DNA from: Candidatus Poriferisocius sp.
Lineage (GTDB): Bacteria > Actinomycetota > Acidimicrobiia > Acidimicrobiales > Bin134
Assembly: GCF_965204145.1 (NCBI RefSeq)
Contig: NZ_OZ241977.1
Coordinates: forward strand, 2,319,356-2,383,355
DNA: 64,000 nucleotides
Reading direction: 5' to 3'
Shown: piece by piece, positions 9,398-17,964 of the stretch
Numbering within the stretch: the stretch's first letter is position 1
How the letters are laid out: each line of letters starts with the position of its first letter
The notes under the pieces: model-generated
Databases searched by the model: none
The model's input: only the letters and a program-made list of their open reading frames with translations
Told to the model about the DNA's origin: nothing
Position numbers and translations under genes: made by a program

Positions 9398-10263
9398 TCC
9401 AGCAGCAGCTCTCGCAAGGCCTGCCGATGGCCGTTGTCAAGGCCTAGGCCGTCGGTCCAGTACCGGTCGAAGCCGCCCCACGAGTCCGCCAGCACTTGCA
9501 TCTGATCGGCGAAATAGTCCTCGTGTACGGACATAAGCGGCATCATCAAGTCGCCATATCGGCCGGGAACCACGTGCTGGTTGGTCTCCATGTAGTGGTC
9601 CACCACTTGCTGTTCAGGAACCCCCACGGCCAACAGCAGCAGGCTGGCCGCCCAGCCGGTGCGGTCCTTGCCGGCGCTGCAATTGAACAGCACAGGAACC
9701 GCTTCCGGCGCCAGCAGACCTCGTACGAACTCGCCGAATTGGCCTGTCCGCACTGGGTCGCTCACCGACCTACCCGACGCCTCCTTCATCCACTGGAAGG
9801 CCTTTCCATTGCCGAAACGCTCTTCTAGTTCCTCGGCGCTCAGTTTGGAATAGTCGGTCCGAAGCCCTGACTGGTTCGCCGGGTCGACCATCGGCAGCGA
9901 GATCTGCGCCACCCCATCAGGCAGTCGGTTGGGACCCTCAACGGCAAGGTCACCTGGGTTGCGGAAGTCGAACACCGTGCGAATACCCAGCCCGACCAGC
10001 GATTCCAAATCGGAATCAGATGCTTCGGCCAAGTGGGCCGACCGATACACCAGGCCCGAACGCACCCGGCGGCCCTCAACGGTGCTCTGGCCTCCCAGCG
10101 AGCGGAAATTTCGAATGGATTCCACATCGGGCACCCTATCGGCAGAGCCGCAAAACCCCTGCACTGAGAGCGGGGCTTCGAATAGGTGACACGAACGAAT
10201 CAACAGGCTAAAGTCTCGCGTCAATATCGGAGTAAGGGCTGGCCGACCTTCGGCGTGGTCCAA
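9394..10263 (-). CDS. Protein-tyrosine phosphatase family protein (Y_phosphatase3-like)
   Basis: CX5R active site 'CSAGKDRTG' plus 'NFRSLGG'. The track start at 10263 is a TTG. A GTG at 10134 is an alternative, so the start is uncertain. The stop overlaps the convergent beta-subunit stop. Confidence 0.75.
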   Translation of the reverse strand: MDHAEGRPALTPILTRDFSLLIRSCHLFEAPLSVQGFCGSADRVPDVESIRNFRSLGGQSTVEGRRVRSGLVYRSAHLAEASDSDLESLVGLGIRTVFDFRNPGDLAVEGPNRLPDGVAQISLPMVDPANQSGLRTDYSKLSAEELEERFGNGKAFQWMKEASGRSVSDPVRTGQFGEFVRGLLAPEAVPVLFNCSAGKDRTGWAASLLLLAVGVPEQQVVDHYMETNQHVVPGRYGDLMMPLMSVHEDYFADQMQVLADSWGGFDRYWTDGLGLDNGHRQALRELLLD

Positions 10264-10275
10264 GGAGATACAACT

Positions 10276-10797
10276 ATGACCAAGACCAAGTTGATTTTTA
10301 TCGGGCTGGCTTTGGCCCTGGTCGGCTTCTTGTTCGCCGGGAGCGCCTCGGCTCAGGACCGGACCATGACCGCTGATCCGGCCTCTGTGTCGGAAGCTGG
10401 CACCTATGACATCGCCATTGAGGCTTCCGGTTTCACCATCTCGTCGGCGAACCTCGCCGTTTGCAGCACCGGCGATTCGTCATTGCTCACTGGCGCTGCC
10501 GAGTTGATGCAGTACTGCGGTGGCTTCGGCAACGCAGTCTCGCTGGATGACGGCTCATACAGCACCACGTTGGAAGGTGTTGAAGTCACTGATGCTGGTG
10601 TCACCATTCTCCTGTTCGAGTTGACGGCAGACGGCGAGAGTGCAGCCGTTTCCGTGAACGTCGGCATGGATGACATGGGCGACGACATGCTGGCTGATAC
10701 TGGTGTGGAAACGTCAGTGCTAGTAATCATCGGTGCGGGCATCGCCCTCGCCGGTCTGATGGTGTTCGGCCTCAGCCGTCGGCTGCGTAGCCTGTAA
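10276..10797 (+). CDS. Secreted, sortase-anchored surface protein (LAXTG sorting signal)
   Basis: The ATG at 10276 has AAGGAG 8 nt upstream. Signal peptide 'KLIFIGLALALVGFLFAGSASAQ'. C-terminal 'LADTG' (nt 10690-10704) is followed by a hydrophobic span and an 'RRLRSL' tail. Confidence 0.75.
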   Translation: MTKTKLIFIGLALALVGFLFAGSASAQDRTMTADPASVSEAGTYDIAIEASGFTISSANLAVCSTGDSSLLTGAAELMQYCGGFGNAVSLDDGSYSTTLEGVEVTDAGVTILLFELTADGESAAVSVNVGMDDMGDDMLADTGVETSVLVIIGAGIALAGLMVFGLSRRLRSL

Positions 10798-10820
10798 CAC
10801 CACTTCCTGAACGGAACACT

Positions 10821-10852
10821 CGGTGCCCCGGGCCTTCGGGTCCGGGGCACCG
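10821..10852 (+). terminator. Strong stem-loop downstream of the surface-protein gene
   Basis: cggtgccccgg-gccttcgggt-ccggggcaccg: 11-bp perfect stem. The loop can extend the stem to a TTCG tetraloop. Starts 24 nt after the stop, followed by 'gtcgttat'. Confidence 0.6.
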
Positions 10853-10871
10853 GTCGTTATAGGGTCAGGTC

Positions 10872-11699
10872 ATGTCCTACGAGCTGATCCTGATCGATGA
10901 TCCTGCGCCGCATGTGCGGCGCATCACGCTGAACCGGCCGGAGAAGCGCAACGCCATCAGCACGCCGATGCGCAAGGAACTGCTGGCTGCCCTGCAATCG
11001 GCCGATGTCGACGACGACGTACGGGTTTCGATCATTCGAGGGGCGGGGCCGTGCTTCTCCTCGGGCTACGACCTATCTGACTCGCTCATGGACGATCCGC
11101 CCCATTACACCGCGGGCGGCGATGGGCAGTGGTCCCGTCATGTGACCGACAGCTGGCTGGCGATTTGGGAGCTGGCCAAGCCGGTCATCGCCCAGATCCA
11201 CGGCTACGCCCTGGCCGGAGCATCAGAGCTGGCCGCGGCCTGCGACCTGGTCTACGTGGCCGACAACGCCGATATCGGCCATCCGGTGGTGCGGGTGTTG
11301 AGCCCCCCCGATTTCAACTACCACCCCTGGCTGGTGGGGTTCCGCAACGCCATGGAGATGATGCTCACCGGCGATTCCTACTCTGGCGCCGAGGCCGCGG
11401 CCATGGGCTTCGCCAACCGGGCCTACCCCGAGGCCGAGTTGGAGGAGCGGGTGTTGGAGATGGCCCAGCGGGTGGCTCGGGTTCCGTCCGACCTCCAGCA
11501 GATCAACAAGCGCAGCGTTCACCGGGGCATGGAGGCCATGGGCACCCGCAACGCCATCCGCACCATGTCGGAATACCAGGCCCTGGCCGGCAATGTGCCG
11601 TCGGTGCAAGATTTCAAACAGCGGGCCTTAGAGAGCATCAAGTCGGTGGTGGACCGCCCCGCCGCGGCCGGTTCAAGTGCCGACACCAAGGGAAGCTGA
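10872..11699 (+). CDS. Enoyl-CoA hydratase/isomerase family protein
   Basis: 275 aa with 'RRITLNRPEKRNA' and 'IAQIHGYALAGASELAAACD'. Confidence 0.85.
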   Translation: MSYELILIDDPAPHVRRITLNRPEKRNAISTPMRKELLAALQSADVDDDVRVSIIRGAGPCFSSGYDLSDSLMDDPPHYTAGGDGQWSRHVTDSWLAIWELAKPVIAQIHGYALAGASELAAACDLVYVADNADIGHPVVRVLSPPDFNYHPWLVGFRNAMEMMLTGDSYSGAEAAAMGFANRAYPEAELEERVLEMAQRVARVPSDLQQINKRSVHRGMEAMGTRNAIRTMSEYQALAGNVPSVQDFKQRALESIKSVVDRPAAAGSSADTKGS

Positions 11700-12676
11700 T
11701 GCGGATTTGGCAACAACATGAGCTGGGCGACCCGGTCGAGTTTCTCCAATTAGAGCAAGTCGACCCCCCGGAGTCAGCACCCGGCCAAGTCGTGGTGGAT
11801 GTTGAAGCCGTGGGGCTGACGTTTGTGGACTGCCTCATGGCTCGGGGCCTCTACCAAATGGAGACCAAGCTGCCGTGGTCGCCGTGTACCGAGGTGGTGG
11901 GCCGGGTACGGGAACTCGGCGATGGGGTTGACCACTTGGCCGTCGGTGACCGAGTGGTGGGCATCGGCGGTGGGTCACTCGCCGAGCAGACTGCGCTGCG
12001 GGCCAGCGGCGTTCACAAGCTGGCCGAAGGGGTAACGGCCGGAGCAGCCGCCGCGGCGCTAGTGAACTACGGCACATCGTGGTTCGCCCTCCACGACCGG
12101 GGACGCCTGGCCGAAGGTGAGACGATATTGGTTCATGCCGGAATGGGGGGCGTCGGGTCGGCCGCCGTGCAGCTTGGCCAGATTGCGGGCGCCAGGATCA
12201 TCGCCACCGCTGGTGGGGCCGAGAAAACCGCCCTGCTCAAAGAGATGGGAGTGGAACTGGCCATCGACTACCGGGAAACCCCCGATTTCGTCGACTTGGT
12301 GCGAGCCCACACCGACGGCCGAGGAGTGGACGTGTGCTTCGACCCGGTGGGGGGCGACGTGTTCGACCGGTCCCGGAGGTGCATGGCCTGGGACGGGCGG
12401 CTATTGGTGATCGGCTTCACCAGCGGCCGAATCGCCGACGCCCCCACCAACCACATTCTGCTGAAGAACTACTCGGTGGTCGGCGTCCACTGGGGCGCCT
12501 CAGTGGGCCGCAACCCCGAGCCGTCAGAACGAGCCCGACAGGAGATATTCACCCTCCTCGAAGAAGGCCGACTCGATCCCCCGGTATTTCCCCCCTATGC
12601 CTTTGAGGATGTCCCCGCCGCCCTCGATGCCATCTACAACCGCCGAACCTGGGGCAAAGCCATCGTGGAGTTGTAG
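11699..12676 (+). CDS. NADPH:quinone oxidoreductase / zinc-binding dehydrogenase family
   Basis: ORF 11129..12676 trimmed to the ATG at 11699 (overlaps the upstream TGA). Carries 'VHAGMGGVGSAAVQLGQIAGARIIATAGG' and a 'WGKAIVEL' C-terminus. Confidence 0.85.
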   Translation: MRIWQQHELGDPVEFLQLEQVDPPESAPGQVVVDVEAVGLTFVDCLMARGLYQMETKLPWSPCTEVVGRVRELGDGVDHLAVGDRVVGIGGGSLAEQTALRASGVHKLAEGVTAGAAAAALVNYGTSWFALHDRGRLAEGETILVHAGMGGVGSAAVQLGQIAGARIIATAGGAEKTALLKEMGVELAIDYRETPDFVDLVRAHTDGRGVDVCFDPVGGDVFDRSRRCMAWDGRLLVIGFTSGRIADAPTNHILLKNYSVVGVHWGASVGRNPEPSERARQEIFTLLEEGRLDPPVFPPYAFEDVPAALDAIYNRRTWGKAIVEL

Positions 12677-12741
12677 ATCGACTTGCAAAAAATATTTGTG
12701 ACATTATTGTCATATCCATATAGCATTACTCCATCATCAAT

Positions 12742-12891
12742 GTGGAGCTTGAACGCAGTGAAGCCTTGGAGCTTCTGGCGCTGGTTATGGTGCATATCAA
12801 CGCCGCCGCGATTGCTGGAGAGGTCTCGCCTCGACTAGCCATGCTCTACCAAGTTCGCGACCGATTGATCAACGCCCTAGAGAAAGGCTGA
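12742..12891 (+). CDS. Hypothetical 49-aa ORF (not in ORF track)
   Basis: Hand-translated from a GTG start: VELERSEALELLALVMVHINAAAIAGEVSPRLAMLYQVRDRLINALEKG. It ends 3 nt before the next ORF. Speculative. Confidence 0.2.
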   Translation: MELERSEALELLALVMVHINAAAIAGEVSPRLAMLYQVRDRLINALEKG

Positions 12892-12894
12892 CCG

Positions 12895-13161
12895 GTGACA
12901 GACCCGGCACCAGACATCATTATCCGAACCGACAGCGCCGAGATGGCGATTGAGATGCTCAACCACCACCGGCCTAGCGACGACGCATTGGGCGCTGTGC
13001 TCGCATGCGTCGCCCTCCACGCCGAGCGCCTCGATCACGAGCAGGCCATTCGCGACAGCCTGATTCGCATTGCCCACCAAGAGGGTGCCTCCTATCGTCA
13101 GATCGCCCAGAGTGCCCGACTCGACCAGCGCACCGTAGCCACCATCGCGAAATCGGGTTAG
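12895..13161 (+). CDS. Hypothetical small protein with a C-terminal helix-turn-helix
   Basis: 88 aa with a GTG start. 'ASYRQIAQSARLDQRTVATIAKS' looks like an HTH. Lies in a locally AT-richer patch. Confidence 0.4.
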   Translation: MTDPAPDIIIRTDSAEMAIEMLNHHRPSDDALGAVLACVALHAERLDHEQAIRDSLIRIAHQEGASYRQIAQSARLDQRTVATIAKSG

Positions 13162-13209
13162 AGATTAAGCAGGGGAACCCCCGTCAAAGTTCAGGCAAGC
13201 CAGTAGCAG

Positions 13210-13683
13210 CTACGTCGCCAGGTCGGGGCGGACGATTACTACGGGGCAGCTGCCGTGTTGGGCGATCTGCTGGCTGACCGATCCCAGTAGCAGGCCCCGG
13301 AAACCGCCTCGGCCCCGGGAGCCGACCACAAGCATGGCCGCATTGTCCGACTCGGCGATCAGGGTGTCGGCCGCCCGCCCCCGCACCATGCGACGCCTGA
13401 TCTCCACCCCTTCGACGTCTACCTCGGCCAGTACCTCGTCGATGATGCTGTCCTGCATCCGCTTGACTTCAGCCTCCAGGTCGATGGGATCCAACGGCAC
13501 ATAGTTGAAGTCTGGCGAGGCTGGCACGTAGGTAGTGGAGTAAGCGGTTACCACATCGACAAATGCATTCCGATGTCGAGCTTCCTTGATGGCCCAGCGG
13601 AGCGCGGCTCGGGCTCCGCCCGATCCTTCCACCCCGACGACGATCCGATTCTCCGGCTCGCTCATGTCATCCGCCATAGGCAC
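13210..13683 (-). CDS. Universal stress protein (UspA family)
   Basis: 157 aa with 'IVVGVEGSGGARAALRWA' and 'LVVGSRGRGGFRGLLLGSVSQQIAQHGSCPVVIVR'. Confidence 0.9.
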   Translation of the reverse strand: MPMADDMSEPENRIVVGVEGSGGARAALRWAIKEARHRNAFVDVVTAYSTTYVPASPDFNYVPLDPIDLEAEVKRMQDSIIDEVLAEVDVEGVEIRRRMVRGRAADTLIAESDNAAMLVVGSRGRGGFRGLLLGSVSQQIAQHGSCPVVIVRPDLAT

Positions 13684-13690
13684 ATTGTAA

Positions 13691-14485
13691 CTACATCGGG
13701 TCGTACGGGAAGTCGGCGTCCACGCCCCCGTCTACCACCAGAGTGCGGCCCGAAATGAATCCGGAGATCGGAGCGGAGAGGAACAGCACTGCCCCTGCGA
13801 TGTCTGATGGCACCCCCATGTGTCCCATCGGCACGGCGGCGTTGTTGATCGCCTTTCGCTCCTCGTCGAACAGCGCCTCCATCCGGGGGGTCAGGATCGT
13901 GCCCGGTGCCACGCAGTTGGCCCGGATGCCGTAGGGGGCCAATTCGATGGCCACCGATTGCATCCACGCCATCAGCCCGGCCTTGGCTGCTCCGTAGTGG
14001 GCGTGGTTGGGGGCCGCAGTCAGGCCGCTCACCGAGGCGATGAACACCATCGTGCCGCCGCCGGTCTCCTTCATGGCCCGACCAGCAGTCTGGGAGATGA
14101 GGAAGGCGTGGCGCAGCACCATGTCGAACTGCCAGTCCCACTCGGCATCGTCGATGTCCAGCACTCCAGACCACCCGGAGACACCCACGATGTCCACAAT
14201 CCCGTCGATTGATCCCATGGTCTGTCCGGCCTCATCCACCAGAGCTTGAACCTCTTCCCGCTTGGTGATGTCGGCCACCCAGGGAGTGCCATCGACTTCG
14301 TTGGCTACCTGCTCGGCCCGGTCCTGTTCGAGGTCCACGCAGAAGACCTTGGCCCCCATCTGGGCCAGAGCATGCGAGGACTGGCGCCCCATGCCCTGCC
14401 CGGCTCCGAGCACGATGAAGCCCTTGTCGTCGAGCCGCATGAGCCCGGCATAGTCGGGGACGGGTGAGGTATCGGCCATGGTCAA
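13691..14485 (-). CDS. SDR family oxidoreductase
   Basis: 264 aa with 'VLGAGQGMGRQ', 'YGAAKAG' and 'IRANCVAPG'. Confidence 0.9.
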   Translation of the reverse strand: MTMADTSPVPDYAGLMRLDDKGFIVLGAGQGMGRQSSHALAQMGAKVFCVDLEQDRAEQVANEVDGTPWVADITKREEVQALVDEAGQTMGSIDGIVDIVGVSGWSGVLDIDDAEWDWQFDMVLRHAFLISQTAGRAMKETGGGTMVFIASVSGLTAAPNHAHYGAAKAGLMAWMQSVAIELAPYGIRANCVAPGTILTPRMEALFDEERKAINNAAVPMGHMGVPSDIAGAVLFLSAPISGFISGRTLVVDGGVDADFPYDPM

Positions 14486-14937
14486 GCCTCCGGTTCGGAT
14501 CGCTGTTCGGATTGTGCCGCCGCAACTTTACGGAGGTGTCGAACCACTTCGGCAAAGTCGGAGTAGCCCCATTGCTCGGTGATCTTGCCGTCGGCGAGGC
14601 GCACCATCTCGATCATGCCCCATTGGACGGCCTCGCCGGTGGGGTCGATGCCCAGCAGTGGGCCATCGTGGGTGCCGCGAGCCGAGATCTTGAGCACCAC
14701 CAAGTCGTCTTCGGCCACCATCTCTTCGATGTGGTCTTGCCAGTCGGGAAAGGCGGTGCGCCACGTGGCGATCAGCCGGCGCATTCCTTCGGGGCCAGAA
14801 GGCCCGGGGCCCACGCCATGGGCAACAAAGTCATCGGCCAGCACCTCATCCAAAAGGTCCACCTGCCCGCCGTTCACGATGTCGCGCACCAAGCGCTCTA
14901 CGACTGCCTTGTTCGTTGCCTCGGGGCTGTCGGTCAT
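14482..14937 (-). CDS. Ester cyclase / SnoaL-like protein
   Basis: The track start at 14943 is a GTG. The ATG at 14937 gives an ATGA overlap with the upstream stop. 'NKAVVERLVRDIVNGG...LLDEVLADDFVAHG' is typical of SnoaL-like ester cyclases. Confidence 0.7.
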   Translation of the reverse strand: MTDSPEATNKAVVERLVRDIVNGGQVDLLDEVLADDFVAHGVGPGPSGPEGMRRLIATWRTAFPDWQDHIEEMVAEDDLVVLKISARGTHDGPLLGIDPTGEAVQWGMIEMVRLADGKITEQWGYSDFAEVVRHLRKVAAAQSEQRSEPEA

Positions 14938-15563
14938 GCCCACCGGGCCACGATGTCGTCCACGGTGAGCATCGTGGTGAGAAAGGCCATGGTGTTGTGC
15001 ATTACCGCGTCGCCGTAGTCAGCCGGTATACCTGCCACCGCATCACCGGCCAGTACCACCTGGTAGCCCAAGTCAACGGCGTTGATCACCAGCCCCATCA
15101 CGCCCACATTCAGCGATACCCCAGCGGCCACCACAGTGGTGACTCCCAGGTTGCGCAGGGTTTGGTCGAGCGATGTCCCGATGAACGGGGACATGCCGTG
15201 CCAGCGGGCGATTTCGATGTCGGATGGCTGAGGGTCGAATTCCTGAATGACCTCGGCCGACTCCGATCCGATCAGCAGCCCCCCGTTCTGCTCGCTCATC
15301 TTGGCCGACGCCGCCAGCATTCGGCAGTTGGCAACGCTCCCCGCCCGGTCGGCTCGGAAGTGGGCCAAACAGTGCACCACCGGCACTTCCGCGTCCCTGG
15401 CACCGGCGCACAGCCGAGCACCGGCGTCGATCGCCCCTCGGTCCAGCATCACATCCCGCAAGCCCCCCATGGAGGCCATGTCGCCGATCACCCCTCGCTG
15501 GCACTCCATGGTGACAACTGCGGTGTGCGATGGGGCGAGCAGCTCGTCCAAGTCCACTGGCAT
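14934..15563 (-). CDS. Isochorismatase-family cysteine hydrolase
   Basis: 209 aa with 'TAVVTMECQ' and 'VVAAGVSLNVGVMGLVINAVDLGY'. Confidence 0.8.
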   Translation of the reverse strand: MPVDLDELLAPSHTAVVTMECQRGVIGDMASMGGLRDVMLDRGAIDAGARLCAGARDAEVPVVHCLAHFRADRAGSVANCRMLAASAKMSEQNGGLLIGSESAEVIQEFDPQPSDIEIARWHGMSPFIGTSLDQTLRNLGVTTVVAAGVSLNVGVMGLVINAVDLGYQVVLAGDAVAGIPADYGDAVMHNTMAFLTTMLTVDDIVARWA

Positions 15564-15610
15564 CGCATGAGACTAGCCCCATCCCACGCTCCCGCCCCTA
15601 CACCGGACCG

Positions 15611-16345
15611 CTAGAAGGTAGGGCAGGGCGGGGTGGGGAGGGGGTTGCGGTCGATTTCGGCCAGGAAGCCGGCAATCTCGTCTCGGTCAAGGGCGTAACT
15701 CTGGTCCCGCTCGCCTCGGGCCACCGCGTAGACCATGCCCACCACTTCGCCGTCAACGTTCACCAGCGCGGCACCCGAGTCGCCAGCGGAAAGCAGCGAG
15801 CGGAGCTCCAACATATAGCCGAGCTCCACCTCCTCGAGGTAGATGTTCTTGCCAACAACCGGGACCCTGCGCTTCACGTGGTAGGGCACAAACTCTAAGC
15901 CCAGATCGCGATGTACCGTGCCCACATCGCCCTCATCGGCGGCAGTGGCGACGGCTGGAGACAACGCAACCGGGGATACCTCCAGGCCCGACACCGATAT
16001 GGCCGCAATGTCGCGATCTGGGTCGAACCCCACCAGAACGCCGACAACTGAGTTGCCCGCGAGAGACCTCACCTCGATCTCCTCCACGCCGGCCACCACG
16101 TGGGAGCTGGTGAGCACGAGGCCGGACTCGACGGCGAATCCGCTCCCCTCGCTGAACTGGCCGCAAGCCGCACCGCTGATGTGTACGGCGGCTGCCCGGA
16201 TGTTGTCGCGCTCGGCCAGCACCGCTCGCTGCGGAGCGTCAAAGGCCCAGGTGAGCGTCCAGCCCAGCAGCAGCCCCAGGGCAGGCAGCCACAGCAGCCA
16301 CCGCCGCCATTTCTTCAACCGTTCAAACAGCACGCAGATCGTCAA
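15611..16345 (-). CDS. Membrane-anchored trypsin-like serine protease (S1 family)
   Basis: N-terminal TM segment 'WLLWLPALGLLLGW'. Catalytic-triad contexts 'LTSSHVVAG', 'DPDRDIAAI' and 'GDSGAALV'. Confidence 0.8.
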   Translation of the reverse strand: MTICVLFERLKKWRRWLLWLPALGLLLGWTLTWAFDAPQRAVLAERDNIRAAAVHISGAACGQFSEGSGFAVESGLVLTSSHVVAGVEEIEVRSLAGNSVVGVLVGFDPDRDIAAISVSGLEVSPVALSPAVATAADEGDVGTVHRDLGLEFVPYHVKRRVPVVGKNIYLEEVELGYMLELRSLLSAGDSGAALVNVDGEVVGMVYAVARGERDQSYALDRDEIAGFLAEIDRNPLPTPPCPTF

Positions 16346-16694
16346 GCGAGTAGAACGCCCGCAACGAGGTCAGCAGACCGTCGTCGTTGAACTCGGCCAC
16401 GTCCACCACATCGAGCTCGTAATTCACCCCGTCGAAGCACACACGGGCCACCATCGGGGCGGCTGCCTCTCGGCCCGCCACCCGCACTGGCCCGGTCAGT
16501 ACCAGAGTTTCGGCTAGCTCGTTGCCCTCATAGAACGCCCGAACGGCGTCGATACCCTCGCACACCGGCCCGCCGACCGGCACTTGGCACGAACCGTTGG
16601 GGGCGTAGAACGACAAGATCGCCTCTACTTCCCCGGCAGACACCGCGGCGGCGTACTGCTCCATCACCTTGCGCATGTGCTGAGCCTCAACCAT
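16323..16694 (-). CDS. NTF2/SnoaL-like (ketosteroid-isomerase-like) protein
   Basis: ORF 16323..16745 trimmed to the ATG at 16694 (AAAGGGAG upstream). Begins 'MRKVMEQYAAAVSAGEVEAILSFYAPNG'. Confidence 0.65.
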   Translation of the reverse strand: MVEAQHMRKVMEQYAAAVSAGEVEAILSFYAPNGSCQVPVGGPVCEGIDAVRAFYEGNELAETLVLTGPVRVAGREAAAPMVARVCFDGVNYELDVVDVAEFNDDGLLTSLRAFYSLDDLRAV

Positions 16695-16720
16695 TGGCGC
16701 TCCCTTTTTGTTGCTGGCTT

Positions 16721-17956
16721 TCAGTTGCGGGGGATCTCGCTCCACGGGGTGTTCTTGTCGACACCGGGCTCTTTGGGCAGGCCAAGCACCCGCTCGCCCA
16801 GGATGTTGCGCATCACCTCGGAGGTGCCCCCTTCGATGGTGTTGGCCCGCGACCGCAAGAAACCCTTCACCGGTGGGGTATTCCGATGCGAAGCCACTTC
16901 AGACTGATCAGGCCTTGACATCGGGTAGCCCTGGGGGAACAGCATGGCCTCCGATCCCACAACGTCCATCAGGCACTCATAGATGCGCTGGTTCAGCTCG
17001 GCCGAAACTGCCTTGCCCACCGACCCCTCCGGACCGGGCGTGCCCGCCGATGCCAGCGTCCGCGCCCGCCAGTTGGTCAGCCGCAATACCTCGGCCTCGG
17101 ACCACAGCCGGACCACTCGATCTCGCAGCACTCGGCGGCGGATGGCCTCAGACCCCTCCCGGCCGCCAGCCTGGCCTTGGAGCCGCTCCCAGGCCGAGAC
17201 CAAGATGGCGATGAGGCCGCTGCCCCGGTCGGGCACCCCGCCGCCCAGGGCCACCCGCTCGTTCATCAGCGTGGTGATGGCCACGTTCCATCCCTGACCC
17301 GGCTCCCCCAGCCGCATGGAGTCGGGAATGCGCACATCATTGAAGAAAACCTCGTTGAACTCGGCCTCACCGGTGATCTGGTACAGGGGCCGCACCTCGA
17401 CTCCGGGAAGGGTCATGTCCAACACGAAATAGGTCAGGCCCCGGTGCTTGGGGGCGTCGGGCTCGGAGCGGGCCACCAACATCCCCCAGCGGGCGCGGTG
17501 AGCCAGCGAGGTCCAAACCTTTTGGCCGTTGACCACCCATTCTTCGCCGTCGAGCTCGGCTCGGGACGCCAAGCCGGCCACATCGGAGCCCGCGCCGGGC
17601 TCGCTGAACATCTGGCACCAGACCTCCTCGCCGGTGAACAAAGGCCGGAGCAAGCGGTGATGCATCTCCTCGCTGCCGTGGGCCAGCACGGTGGGCGCGC
17701 CCATGCCGATGCCGATGGGGTTGACGTGCAGATCGTGCCAGTACCGACTGCCCTTGCGAAGCTCCTCGTCCACCACGGTCTGGGCCTTGGGAGACAGCCC
17801 GAGTCCCCCTTTGCCCTCGGGAAAGTCCACCCGGGAAAGGCCCCGGTCGAATTGAGCGCCCCGAAACTCGTACTGCGTTGCCTCCGCGGGATCGACGTCA
17901 GTCAGGAGACCTTGCACTTTCTGGCGAAGCTGATCCTCAGAAATCTCGGCCATCAC
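16721..17956 (-). CDS. Acyl-CoA dehydrogenase family protein
   Basis: 411 aa with 'FSEPGAGSD' and a C-terminal 'IEGGTSEVMRNILGERVLGLP'. Confidence 0.9.
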   Translation of the reverse strand: MMAEISEDQLRQKVQGLLTDVDPAEATQYEFRGAQFDRGLSRVDFPEGKGGLGLSPKAQTVVDEELRKGSRYWHDLHVNPIGIGMGAPTVLAHGSEEMHHRLLRPLFTGEEVWCQMFSEPGAGSDVAGLASRAELDGEEWVVNGQKVWTSLAHRARWGMLVARSEPDAPKHRGLTYFVLDMTLPGVEVRPLYQITGEAEFNEVFFNDVRIPDSMRLGEPGQGWNVAITTLMNERVALGGGVPDRGSGLIAILVSAWERLQGQAGGREGSEAIRRRVLRDRVVRLWSEAEVLRLTNWRARTLASAGTPGPEGSVGKAVSAELNQRIYECLMDVVGSEAMLFPQGYPMSRPDQSEVASHRNTPPVKGFLRSRANTIEGGTSEVMRNILGERVLGLPKEPGVDKNTPWSEIPRN

Positions 17957-17964
17957 CTGTCCTC

